A stretch of DNA of 64,000 bases from Scyliorhinus canicula (GCF_902713615.1 NW_024055490.1:62001-126000); one strand, 5' to 3'. Numbered from the stretch's first letter, positions 1-12,146 are shown. Notes: generated by a model from the letters alone, not told the origin. Numbers and translations: made by a program.

Positions 1-59
1 TTCTGCACAAGTGTTTGAGATCTAACCCAACATTGACAAAATGTGCTAAAGTTTCTCCA

Positions 60-1090
60 TTATCTTATTGAATATGATCCGCTTACTGACAATGCTTATG
101 TTATTATTCCATTTTTGTGTTTCATTTAATTCTTCATTCATTTGATGACATGAGGGTTTGGTGCATTCTAGTTTGAGATTTTCTTGCAATGTTGCATTTG
201 GTTCTGTTGAAAGGGTTTGTAGAACTGAGCTGCTTCTCTATGGTGCTTCACTCGTTCGGTGATGTGTTTTGGTGTTTTTCTGCTGAGGAATGTTTTTGGG
301 TGACTTTGAATCGGAAGATTTGTGAAACGGTTTGGCGTGTCAGTATTGTTTCAACTCGGTGACGCTGAGCGGTTACACGGTTTGTGATTGAATGCAGAGT
401 ATACGTGTTTGAAACTGCTTGGTGCAGGCTTGTAGGCAGAGAACAGGGAGGCTGTTTCTGCATCTTGAAAAAAAGGTGAAAATTGCAGATTAAACTAAGC
501 CACGTTTTACGACAAAGCCTTTCCGAGCACAGGTTGTTGCTGCAATCACAGTTTGCCGTTTGTGCAATGTTTCATCTCCGTGGCATCTGATGGTTGCAGC
601 TTTTACCATCTCCTGCAAACATTAAAAGCATTTAAATGTGTTTGAAAAATGACTCAATATGAAAAAATTGGTAAAGTTCCAATAATTCTTTGTTGTTAAT
701 ATTCCAGCTCCTCACAATGCTATTGCTGTTATTCCACATTTCTGTTTAGTTTAATAATTCATACATTTGGCGACGAGCTGGTTTGCTAGATGTTTATATT
801 TTCTTGCAATATTAAGTTTGATCCAGTTCGATGTAGAATTGAGCTGCTTCTCCATAAACGGGTTTCAGTCCTTCATTGATGTGATTTCGTGTTTTGTTCT
901 TCTGACGAGATTGTGTATCTGGGTGACTTTAAATGATTAAGATTGGTCAAACGGTTCAGCGTTTCTGCATTGTTTAAACTCGGTGACACTGAGCGGTTAC
1001 ACGTTTTCTGGTTGAATGCAAACAGTCTCGGCGTTTGAAAATGCTTGAAGGGCGATTGTCGGGAGAAAACAGCCAGGCTTAAGAAAATAA
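60..1090. repeat. Diverged tandem duplication, offset about 624 bp
   Basis: Block aactcggtgac(g/a)ctgagcggttacacg at 353-379 and 977-1003; also gtagaa(c/t)tgagctgcttctc and tttcttgcaat in both copies. Confidence 0.75.
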
Positions 1091-1832
1091 TCTAATAAAG
1101 ATATATTGATGCATTTTGTAATTTTAACTGATGCTTCCAGATTAAACGAAATAATGACTGAAACGCCCATGCAGAACATAGTAACATTTATATAATTCAA
1201 ACAATTGCAATGCGGTGATACAACTCCATATTAACCAAGGGTTATTTTAGATTGATATAATTCATCATTAATCGCCTTTCACAATCATGCTGTGTTCCAC
1301 ACGAGGTTAACGTGACCGGGCAGATTTCTAGGCTGGAAATACTTTGTAATTGCAGTTATTCTATTATTTCTGTGCCGCGGCAACCATATTATACCTTCAC
1401 TGTAATGCGTAGTTGGATAGCGAGGTAATTATCGCTAATCTAACCTGAAACAGGGTTCTGAGATGTGGAAGTCGCTGCCAATCATGGAATTGTTCCGATG
1501 ATTTTATTTATATTGTAGGAAAGTTCAGATTGCCTATGGCATTAGATTGAAAAGTAAAAGCCTGAATGTCAAACCGATTTATTTATTTACAAAAGGTTAA
1601 CAATACCTCTGCATTTTATAATGACATCCTGTCTCCCACAGCTGTGCTCTACACACGATAGAATTATAGGAAGAACAAATGATAGGAAAGAAAGAATGAT
1701 TATATCTTAGCTTTAGGCTTAAAATTTATTAAATGCTAAATTCAGCAACAAATTATCCACTCCACTTGCTCATAATGGGTGAGTTTTGGAAATGATTTGA
1801 ATAAATATTACTGAGCTGTTCTCGTTATATTA

Positions 1833-2157
1833 CATGGTGGTTAGCATCAATGCTTCACAGCTCCAGGGTCCCAGGTTCGATTCCCGGCTGGGTCACTGTC
1901 TGTGTGGAGTCTGCACATCCTCCCTGTGTGTGCGTGGGTTTCCTCCGGGTGCTCCGGTTTCCTCCCACAGTCCAAAGATGTGCGGGTTAGGTGGATTGGC
2001 CATGCTAAATTGCCCGTAGTGTAAGGTTGATGGGGGGATTGTTGGGTTACGGGTGTGCGGGTTGCGTGGGTTTAAAGTGGGGTGATCGTTGTTCGGCACA
2101 ACATCGAGGGCCGAAGGGCCTGTTCTGTGCTGTACTGTTCTATGTTCTATGTTCTAT
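1833..2157 (+). mobile_element. Young V-SINE/HE1-type SINE with CR1-like tail
   Basis: tRNA-like head (ggttcgattccc), core gtgggtttcctccgggtgctccggtttcctcccacagtccaaagatgtgc, tail gggccgaagggcctg...(ttctatg)n. Confidence 0.85.
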
Positions 2158-3699
2158 TACTTTCTGAGAATAGATGGAGTTTATGATTTATCAATGTGTT
2201 CAGAAAGGCGCAGATTTTACACATTTGTAGGTCGAATAGAGCAATTTGAGTTAAAAATCAAATAAAATGTGAATAGAGTCAAGTAAATGTTAAGATGTTT
2301 CCATCAAGTAATTTGGAGTTTACTGTTCAACATTGTTTGATTGTCAGGTTGTTTTAATTACATCCCAATGATTTCACAAAGCTCTGGGTAAAAACAAATA
2401 GGAGATTATTGAAAGCTATTTTTATTATATTTATTATTATAGTACAGATAATCTAATGAAGGATTAGCTGACAATTAACAATAATTTACAGTACAATATC
2501 AGTGAGAATTAATTCAGCATAAATGACCTCCTACAATTGAGTTGTATCCTGGCGTGCAATATCTCAAAGGTTTTAAAGAGTTTTAATAATATCTGAAATG
2601 AATTTAGGAAACAATACATTTCTTTACACTGCTGTGTGCAGCTCAGTTCTTTTTCTGATTACATTCTTTTGCCCTGATTCTTTTGCTGATTACATTTAAT
2701 TGTGTTTTTAGATCATATCAGTGGGTAATGTGAATATGTTGTGGTTTGTTTTATTATTGCCCTGTCACTGAGTCTATGTGACGTCATTATCTGCCCTGAA
2801 TCTGTAATATTTAATCTGTTTATTTTCAGCGAAACTACTTTTTGCCCAATTATCGAGATTTGAGACAGACAGGGAAAAGTAGTTAAAAGTCGAATACAAT
2901 TTTGAAATTAATGTCAGTTTAATTTCAAATAAATTACTGAATTATTGTTGCCGAAAGTTGACCATTGATCAATTAGAATCAAACAGTTTGAATGGAATTG
3001 ACAGATTGAACAGATCTATCTGTTGGGAACTCGACTGTTGCCATGTGTGTCTGTTCAGTTTCTGTGCGCGTTGCCATTGTGCTGGGACCAGGAAACTTCC
3101 TGACTGGTTCTGCTTCATTTTCCAGTATTTCAGGGAGTGCAGTTTGATCAATCTCTTCAATAAAACTTGTGTCTGTGAGAAATGTGAAAATGTTACTTGG
3201 TGTTTGATTAGGCGACTCAGAAAGGAGATTCCAAACCCAGATTGTGACAGTCAGAAAGAATTCAGCAACGCCAGACAGGCTGGAGAAGACGATCTGATTG
3301 GTTTTTAAGCAGTGATATATTGGTCTTGGGAATTTTCGATTCGGCAATGCAGAGAGAGATTTATTGGGTTACATTCCGTGCTATGGCAGTCCTTGATATA
3401 TTTAATGGGTCAGTGCAGCGGAGAAATCCCTTGGCATTTTATTTTTAATCCTATCCTAGGATTTTAGAGGCGCTGGCAAGGCCCGAATTTATTATACATG
3501 CCTAAGTGTCCCCAGGGAAAGTTTAGATGTGAGGCATCCTCGAACAGCTGCAGTCCATGTGGTGGAGGGATATCCGCAATATTGTCAGGGAGAGAGTTCC
3601 AGAATTCTGACAAGGCGGCAGTGAAGGAATGGCGGTGTATTCCTAAATCAGGATGGTGAGTGTCTTGGAAGGAATTTGCAGTGTTGGTGCACCCAATGC

Positions 3700-6600
3700 A
3701 TCATGACAAACACATACATACTGTCACTGTCTCACACGCGCTTTCTCTCACATCCTCACACAAACTCATTCTCTCACACACATAATCATACACACTGTGC
3801 CTCACACACAATGACTCACAATCTCACTTTTAGACACATTGTGACGATCTCTCACACACACATTCGCTCACAGGTGCTCTCACTCACACACGCTCTATCT
3901 CAGACGCACTCTTTCACCAAATCTCTCTGACACACCTTGCTTCTCTCACACACTCTCAAACACACAGATCCTCTCTCTCCCTCACAAACATGCATAATCA
4001 CTCTTCAAACACAGTATTTTTTCTTTCAGCCTCTCTCTCACACACATTCCCTCTTATACACACATACACAATATCTCAGACGCACACACACTCGCCAACA
4101 CATTATTACTCTCTAACGCACTCTCACGCGTGCATCCTGGCACATGCCCTCTCTCTTATGGACACTGTCTAATTTCCTCTCTCTGACACACAATCCATCT
4201 CTCTTTCAGGCATGCAGTATCTCACACTCTATCTCACACATTCTCTCTCTCTGACACACACTCTCATACCCACATTCTTTCTCTCACACACTCCCTCTCT
4301 ATCACAGACACACTAACTCAGACACACACTCCCGCACATAGTCTCACATCCATAATCGCTCTTCAAACAGAATCATTCCTTCTTTCACACACACAATCTC
4401 AAACATACTATCTCTCTCCCTTTCTCTCACACACACGTCCACAGACACACACACACGCACCCTGTCACACACATACATTCTGTCACCTGCTCCCTCTCAT
4501 GCACACTGTGTCACGTGACTCTCTTACTGACAATCTCTCTCTTTCGCACATGCACACTCATACACAAACACACACATACTCACACAAGCACTTATTTGTC
4601 TTTCACACACACTGGTAAATACATATCTCGTAAACACACTTTCTTTCAATCAAACACAGACTTGTTCTGTGGCATACTCTATCACACGTTCTCAGAAACA
4701 CACAAAGGCGCCCCTACATTCTGTTTCTCTCTGACACACGTGGTCTCTCTCTCTCACTGTCTTAGGTACACACCCACATGCTCTCTCATCTCTCTCACAC
4801 ACACTCAATCATACACACCCTATCTCGAACTCACGCACACAATCTCCCATTTCCACACACTCTCACACACCCTCACTCACACAACCTGATTCCCCCACCC
4901 TCACTCACACACCCTGATCCCCCCACCCTAACACCCTCACTCACACACCCTCACTCGCACACCCTGATTCATCCACCCGAACACCCTCACTCACTCACAC
5001 CCTCACCCACACAACCTCACTCACACACCCTCACTCACACACCCTCACTGACTCACACACTCACTCACTCACTCTCCTCACTCACACAACCTCACTCACA
5101 CGCCCTCACACACCCTCACTGACTCACACACAGGCACTCACTCACTCCCCTCACTCACACCCTCACTCACTCACATCCCCTCACTCACACACCCTCACTG
5201 ACTCACACACACTCACTCACCTCACTCACACAACCTCACTCACTTAACAACCTCACTCACTTAACAACCTCACTCACTATAACACCCTCACTCACCATCA
5301 CTCTCTCACACTCATTGACTCACTTGCTAGCCCAACCTAAATTGCTCACTCTCATTCAAACGCACTCATTCACACACCCTCAGTCCACCTTAGTCACTCA
5401 CACTGATTCACTCACCCACCATCACTCACAGCCTCACACACCCACCCTCGCGCATCTTCACTAACCCTCAGTCACACAACCTCACTCAGTCACCCTCACT
5501 CATTCACCCTCAGTCACACACCTTCATACTACCCTCATCACCCACCCTCATTCATCCTCACTCACTCACACACCCTCACTCACTCTTCCTCGCTCGCCCA
5601 ACCTTATTCACTCACCCATCCTCACTCTCTCAGCCTCATTCACTCACCTACCGACCCTCACTCACCTCCATTCATTCACCCACCCACGTACCGACCCTCA
5701 CTCATCCTCATTCAATCTCTCAGCTCAACCAATCACCCATCCTCACTCACTCACCCACCCACCCTCACTTACCTTCATTCAGCAACTTACCCTCACTCAG
5801 TCACCCACCCTCATTAACACACTGACTCACCCACTCTCCCTCTCCCTCCCTCACTCACACAACCTCACTGATGCCCTCAATTACTCACCTCACTCACTCT
5901 CTCTCTCTCACTCACAGCCACCCTCAGTAAGCGACCCTAACTCAGCCCCATTCACTCAAAATCACACCCACCATCACTCGCCCATCCTCTCGCATTCACC
6001 CACCCTGACTCACTATCCTCACTCGTACAGCCTCACTCACACATCCTTACTCACACAGCCTCACACACACAGCCTCACTCACACAGCCTCACTCACACAG
6101 CCTCACACACACAGCCTCACTCTCACAGCATCACACACACACATTCTCACTCACACAGCCTCACTCACTACCATCACTCACACACCCTCACTCACACAGC
6201 CTCACTCACACAGCCTCACTCACACACCCTCACTCACGCAGCCTCATTCACACACTCTCACTCACACACCCTCACTCCAACAGCCTCACTCCCACAGCCT
6301 CACTCACACAGCCTCACTCACACACCCTCAATCACACAGCATCACTCACACACCCTCACTCACACACCCTCACTCACACACCCTCACTCACACAGCGTCA
6401 CTCACACAGCCTTACTCACACAGCCTCACCCACACAGCCTCACTCACACACCCTCACTCACACAGCCTCACTCCCACACCCTCACTCACACACCCTCACT
6501 CACACACCCTCACTCCCACACCCTCACTCACACACCCTCACTCACACAGCCTCACTCACCCACCCTCACTCACACACCCTCACTCACACAGCCTCACTCA

Positions 6601-8830
6601 CACACCCTCACTCACACAGCCTCACTCACACAGCCTCACTCACACACCCTCACTCACACAGCCTCACTCACTACCCTCACTCACACACCCTCACTCACAC
6701 AGCCTCACTCACACAGCCTCACTCACACACCCTCACTCACACACCCTCACTCACACACCCTCACTCCCACAGCCTCACTCCCACAGCCTCACTCCCACAG
6801 CCTCACTCACACACCCTCACTCACACAGCCTCACTCACACACCCTCACTCACACACCCTCACTCACACAGCCTCACTCACACAACCTCACTCACACACCC
6901 TCACTCACACAGCCTCACTCACACAGCCTCACTCACACACCCTTACTCACACAGCCTCACTCACTACCCTCACTCACACACCCTCACTCACACAGCCTCA
7001 CTCACACAGCCTCACTCACACACCCTCACTCACACACCCTCACTCACACACCCTCACTCACACACCCTCACTCACACCCTCACTCAAACAGCCTCACTCC
7101 CACACCCTCACTCACAGACCCTCACTCACACAGCCTCACTCACACAGCCTCACTCACACACCCTCACTCACACAGCCTCACTCACACAGCCTCACTCATA
7201 CAGCCTCACTCACTACCCTCACTCACACAGCCTCACTCACACACCCTCACTCACACACCCTCACTCACACAGCCTCACTCACCCACCCTCACTCACACAC
7301 CCTCACTCACACACCCTCACTCACACACCCTCACTCACACACCCTCACTCACTACCCTCACTCACACAGCCTCACTCATACAGCCTTACTCACACAGCCT
7401 CACTCACACACCCTCACTCATACAGCCTCACTCACAAGGCGTCTCTCACCCACCATTTCCCATACGCCTTCACTCACAATCTCACCCATCCTCATTCACA
7501 CACCCTCACTCATGTTCCCTCATACACCCTCACTCAGCCACCCTCACTTACACACACTCATGCACCCACCCTCTTTCACCCACTCTCACTCATCCTCACA
7601 CCCTCACCCACTCTCATTCACTTACCTTCACTCACGCACCCTCACTTACTCACACTCACTCACCCTCACACTCACCCTCATTAACTCACTCACCCAACCT
7701 CATTCAATTACCCTCATTCTCTAACGTTCACTCACTCATGCACCCACTCTCATTCACTCACCCTCACTCACCTAAACACTGTCAGGTACACTCCTGGCTC
7801 TCTCATCCACACTCACCCTCACTCATTCACCCTCACTCATTCTCCCTCACTCATTCACCCTCACTCATTCACCCTCACTCATTCACCCTCACTCATTCAC
7901 TCTCACTCATTCACCCTCACTCAATCACCCTCACTCATTCACCCTGACTCATTCACGCTCACTCATTCTCCCTCACTCAATCACCCTCACTCATTCACCC
8001 TCACTCAATCACCCACACTCATTCACCATCACTCAATCACCCTCACTCAATCACCCTCACTCAATCACCCTTACTCAATTACTGTCACTCAATCACCCTC
8101 ACTCATTCAACCTCACTCATTCAACCTCACTAATCCACTTTCATTCATTCACCCTCACTCACCCACCCTCACTCAGTCACCTTTGCTCAGGTTCACTGCA
8201 CACCTTCACTCACAAACTGACCCTCCCAGCCTCACTCAGCCAGCCTCACTTATTCTCCACCTCTCACTCACTGCCCCGCACCCATCCAGACCCATCCACC
8301 CTCAGTGACACACCCTCAACCATTTACACTCACTCCATCAACCACCCATTCTCTCCCACTCATCCACACTCCCACCGTTACTCAGGTGCTCACTCACCCG
8401 CACTCACTCTCCAACCCTCACTAAGTTACTCACTCACCCGCACTCATTCTCCTACCTTCACAGTTACTCACTCACCCGCACTCACTCTCCTATCCTCACT
8501 CAGTTACTCACTCACTCACACTCACTCTCCTACCCTCATTCAGTTACTCACACCCGCACTCACTCTCCTACCTTCACTCAGTTACTCACTCACCCGCACT
8601 CACTCTCCTACCCTCACTCAGTTACTCACACCCGCACTCACTCTCCTACCCTCACTAAGTTACTCACTCACCCACACTCCCTCTCCTACCCTCACTCAGT
8701 TACTCACTCACCCACACTCACTCTCCTACCCTCACTCAGCTACCCACTCACCCACACTCACTCTCCTACCCTCACTCACTCACCCACACTCAATCTCCTA
8801 CCCTCACTCACTTACTCACTCATCCTCTCT
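3700..8830. repeat. Composite C/A/T-rich low-complexity and minisatellite tract (CTCACT core)
   Basis: Top strand very poor in G for about 5 kb; includes a 14-bp array cacaca(g/c)cctcact at about 6040-7440, a 14-bp cactca(t/a)tcaccct array at about 7800-8160 and a 36-40-bp array at about 8380-8815. Confidence 0.92.
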
Positions 8831-8961
8831 CACTGATGCTCAGGAAATGGGCAAGGGAGCGTCTGCAACGGGGGAGGAATAGAGAACTGGAGCGAAACTG
8901 ATGACGAGTGGCGCCCGATTGTGGCTGCATAACACGGGATTGCCGGGAGCCGGAGGGAAGT

Positions 8962-9111
8962 GCAGACAGCCGGGGGAAGGGGCAGAGAGCCGGGGGGAGG
9001 AGCAGAGAGCCGGGGGTGGAGCAGAGAGCCGGGGGAAGGGGCAGAGAGCCGGGGGAAGGGGCACAGAGCTGGGGAAGGTGCCGAGAGCCGGGGGAAGGAG
9101 CAGAGAGCCGG
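8962..9111 (+). repeat. G-rich 19-20-bp tandem repeat GCAGAGAGCCGGGGGAAGGG (about 8 units)
   Basis: Units start at 8962, 8982, 9002, 9021, 9041, 9061, 9080, 9100. Confidence 0.9.
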
Positions 9112-9640
9112 AAGAAATCCATGGAGTGGGTCATAAGCGATAAGAATCGGGGTAAAGCGAACCGTGCTGGTGAAAAGCTCAGAAAGCCCGCACAAAGTGC
9201 CAGGAACCGGGAAAAGCACAAAGAACTGGGAAAAGTGCAGCACACATGGGCAAAACACAAAGAGCAGTAAGACAATGCAGAGTCGAGAGAAAGTGCAGAG
9301 ATGCGGAGGAAAGCGCAGAGCGCCGTGAAAAAGAGCAGAGAGCTAAAAGAAAGTGAAGGGACCAGGAGAAAGGTACAGAAATCCAGCGGGAACCGCAGAG
9401 AGATGGGGGACGCACAGGGAGCGCGGGGCGGGGTGCGGGGGGATTGCAGACAGCCCGGTCTCAGTGACAGGCGGAATGTGAAATTAACTGCACAATCAAC
9501 ACAGGCAGGGGGATGGGGGAGGAGACTCGACAGACCGAATGGCCGCCTCCCGCTGTTAATGTGCAGGATCCTAAAATTAGAGAATGTTGCAACTACTCAA
9601 ATGTAGAGTTTTATTGTAATTATATAAATGTGCATTCAGT

Positions 9641-9966
9641 TTACTGGACTGTGACGTACACAGCTCAGTTAGCTGGATTGTGACGTACACAGCTCAGTTA
9701 GCTGGATTCTGACGTACGCAGCTCAGTTAGCTGGATTGTGACGTACACAGCGCAGTCAACTGGATTGTGACGTACACAGCTCAGTCAGCTGGATTGTGAC
9801 ATACACAACTCAGTCAGCTGGATTGTGACGTGCACAGCTCAGTCAGCTGGACTGTGACGTACACAGCTCATTTAGCTGGACTTTGACGTACACAGCTCAG
9901 TCAGCTGGACTTTGACGTACACAGCTCAGTTAGCTGGTTTGTGACGTACACAGCTCAGTCAGCTGG
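9641..9966 (+). repeat. 29-bp tandem repeat cagctcagt(t/c)agctggattgtgacgtaca (11 units)
   Basis: cagctcag recurs every 29 bp from 9661 to 9951 and runs directly into a SINE body. Confidence 0.93.
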
Positions 9967-10150
9967 GCGGCTGGTTCGTAATGAAGATCAATCCCAGCAG
10001 CGCGGGTTCAATTGCTGCACCGGCTGAGGTTATTCATAAAGACCCCCATTCTCAACCTTTGCCCTGGCCTGAGGTGTGGTGACCCTCAGGTTAAATCACC
10101 ACCAGTCAGCTCTCAAAAGGAGAGAGCAGACTCCAGGACTATGGGACATT
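9951..10150 (+). mobile_element. tRNA-derived SINE (second family; another copy at about 39330-39500)
   Basis: A-box-like cagctcagtcagctgg, B-box-like gggttcaattgc; body (cctgaggtgtggtgaccctcaggttaaatcaccaccagtcagctct) matches 39440-39500. Confidence 0.7.
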
Positions 10151-10214
10151 ACATTTTGTTTTACATGATGGCTGACATAATGGGGAAAATCATCCGCTCT
10201 TCGCTTTCAATCCA

Positions 10215-10222
10215 ATGCAAAT
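10215..10222 (+). promoter_or_regulatory. Ig octamer motif ATGCAAAT upstream of Cmu1
   Basis: Exact octamer 255 bp 5' of the Cmu1 acceptor; function not shown. Confidence 0.45.
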
Positions 10223-10476
10223 TACATCATTCAGATTACATCAAAATGTTGTTTTATGCCACTTGATAGAGACGGAGAAAGATGTGAGTTTCTAATGAGG
10301 GGCAAACAGGTGTTGGTTCTCAAATGATAGAACTAATACAAGCTGAAATGTGGATGTAGCATTTGTTAGGAAAATGTTGGAATAAACGCATAGTTCTCGT
10401 CAAATTTTGAAATGTTTGGTTACTGAATAAATACAATCCCACAGTCTAACTTGTTGAATGGGCCATTCTCTCCCAG

Positions 10477-10776
10477 CGACACCGTCTCCGCCCACTCTCT
10501 ACAGCCTGGTCTCCTCCTGTCAGCAACACAACACCGACGGCTCCGTGACCTTCGGCTGTTTGGCGATGGACTACTCCCCAGAAATCACCAGCCTCACCTG
10601 GAAGAAAGATGGGCAGCTGATCACCACTGGAGTTAAGAAATACCCGTCAGTGAGAAACAAGAAGGGAACCTACACCCTGAGCAGCCAGTTAACCATCACC
10701 GAGTCAGAGGGGGGATGCAGCAAAATCAGCTGTGAGGTTCGACACAGCGGCTCAGACAAGAGCATTGGAATGAAAT
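10477..10776 (+). CDS. IGHM: IgM heavy chain constant exon Cmu1
   Basis: Acceptor tctcccag at 10475-76, donor GTAAGT at 10777; translates (A)[16 protein letters not shown]...[19 protein letters not shown]...[17 protein letters not shown], a C1-set Ig domain resembling shark mu CH1; phase-1 junctions. Confidence 0.96.
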
Positions 10777-10964
10777 GTAAGTGTTGTAGAAACTGTGAGA
10801 ATTAAGAAACTTATGAATACCTTGTATAGGGTCTTGGATATAACTCATTTGTAATACTCTGCATAGTCCTGATCCATGGGAAATCTTGCTTCCTATCTAT
10901 TGGCCACAAAAATGTTAAAGTATATGAACTAATTTTGTTTGTTATCAATTTATTCTGTAAGAAC

Positions 10965-11165
10965 ATAAGAACATAAGAACTAGGAGCAGGAGTAGGCCAT
11001 CTGGCCCCTCGAGCCTGCTCCGCCATTCAATTAGATCATGGCTGATCTTTTGTGGACTCAGCTCCACTTTCCGGCCCGAACACCATAACCCTTAATCCCT
11101 TTATTCTTCAAAAAACTATCTATCTTTACCTTAAAAACATGTAATGAAGGAGCCTCAACTGTTTC
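10965..11165 (-). mobile_element. CR1 LINE 3' end in the Cmu1-Cmu2 intron
   Basis: (taagaaca)n tail plus ggagcaggagtaggccat...cctcgagcctgctccgccattcaa; similar ends at 13130-13700 and 23640-24010. Confidence 0.75.
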
Positions 11166-11201
11166 ACTGGGTAAGAAATGTCTAACTTGTGTTTCTTGAA
11201 G

Positions 11202-11513
11202 GTCCTCTACCTGACATCCATCCAAATGTTCTCCTCACCGTGAGTTCCAATGAAGAAATCTCAAGCAAGAAATTTGCAACCATGGTCTGTTCAATTAACG
11301 ATTTCCAGCCAAAGTCAATCACGGTGAAGTGGCTGAAGAATGGACAACCCATGGGTTCAGGAATTGTCACCTCTCCCGCCTGTGAAGTGAACGGGAACTT
11401 CTCGGCGAGCAGTCGGCTGACAGTCTCCGCTGGGGAATGGTTCAGCAAAGCGGTCTATACCTGCCAGGTCACTCATCAAGAGGTCACCCAAAGTCACAAC
11501 GTCACCGCGTCTG
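11202..11513 (+). CDS. IGHM: IgM heavy chain constant exon Cmu2
   Basis: Acceptor ttgaag at 11200-01, donor GTAAGA at 11514; (C)[11 protein letters not shown]...[21 protein letters not shown]...[19 protein letters not shown]; phase-compatible with Cmu1. Confidence 0.96.
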
Positions 11514-12146
11514 GTAAGAGACACAAACAGAGGAAACAATAAATCAGCCTGCATTCTGATGTTAATCCAAATCAGGAATTTACTGAAGTTACTGCAAAGC
11601 ACAGAATAACTTCTAATTTACTGCCATGTAGTTTGTGTTTCATTCTGATGGAAAAGCTGCATTAGGATTGCTCATCATTCAGGATTTGATCAGTATAGAA
11701 ATAAATGTTTCCCTAAATGTTTCACTAAAAAGTTATTTAGTGAGTGAGGTGGCCTTGATATCAGCTTTATCCTGAGACCACTGATTATATTTGAGAGTCA
11801 GTGGGTGTTTGAAACACTTTACTGATAACAGCTCAGGGACGAAAGTGTTGGAAAGTTCATCCAACCTGTTTATGGATCAGCCTTCAGTACTTCGTTCCTG
11901 AGATCAGGACTGGAGTATTGAGAATGCTGCAATACTGATTTGTTAGAATGGTTCGGGTCTGACTGTATTTCAAAATGAGAATAGTTTACACTGATCAAAC
12001 TGGTTTTCCATTGTGTATAGAAGATTACTGGCGACCTTTAGAAGTTTCGAAGTTGATTTATTCCCATTGAGTGAGTTCAGGCTGAATCCTTCTGTCCTGA
12101 TTCTGAAGATGAAACTTGGGTTGATTTCTACTTTTTTCATTCACAG

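Noticed and set aside
2958-3347. 116-122 aa ORFs on both strands
   Set aside because: Alternative start codons, no recognisable domain, intronic position; a regulatory reading is more plausible
3676-7947. His/Thr/Ser-rich ORFs
   Set aside because: By-products of the G-poor CTCACT repeats, which lack stop codons; no splice or domain support
8820-9606. Overlapping ORFs on both strands (e.g. EPGEGAESR repeats)
   Set aside because: Arise from the 20-bp purine-rich repeat within the IgM intron; unit length is not a multiple of 3
1-10476. V, D or J segments and recombination signal sequences
   Set aside because: No WGxG J motif with a donor and no V-domain ORF; isolated CACTGTG heptamers lack a properly spaced nonamer. 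The VDJ part must lie upstream of the window.
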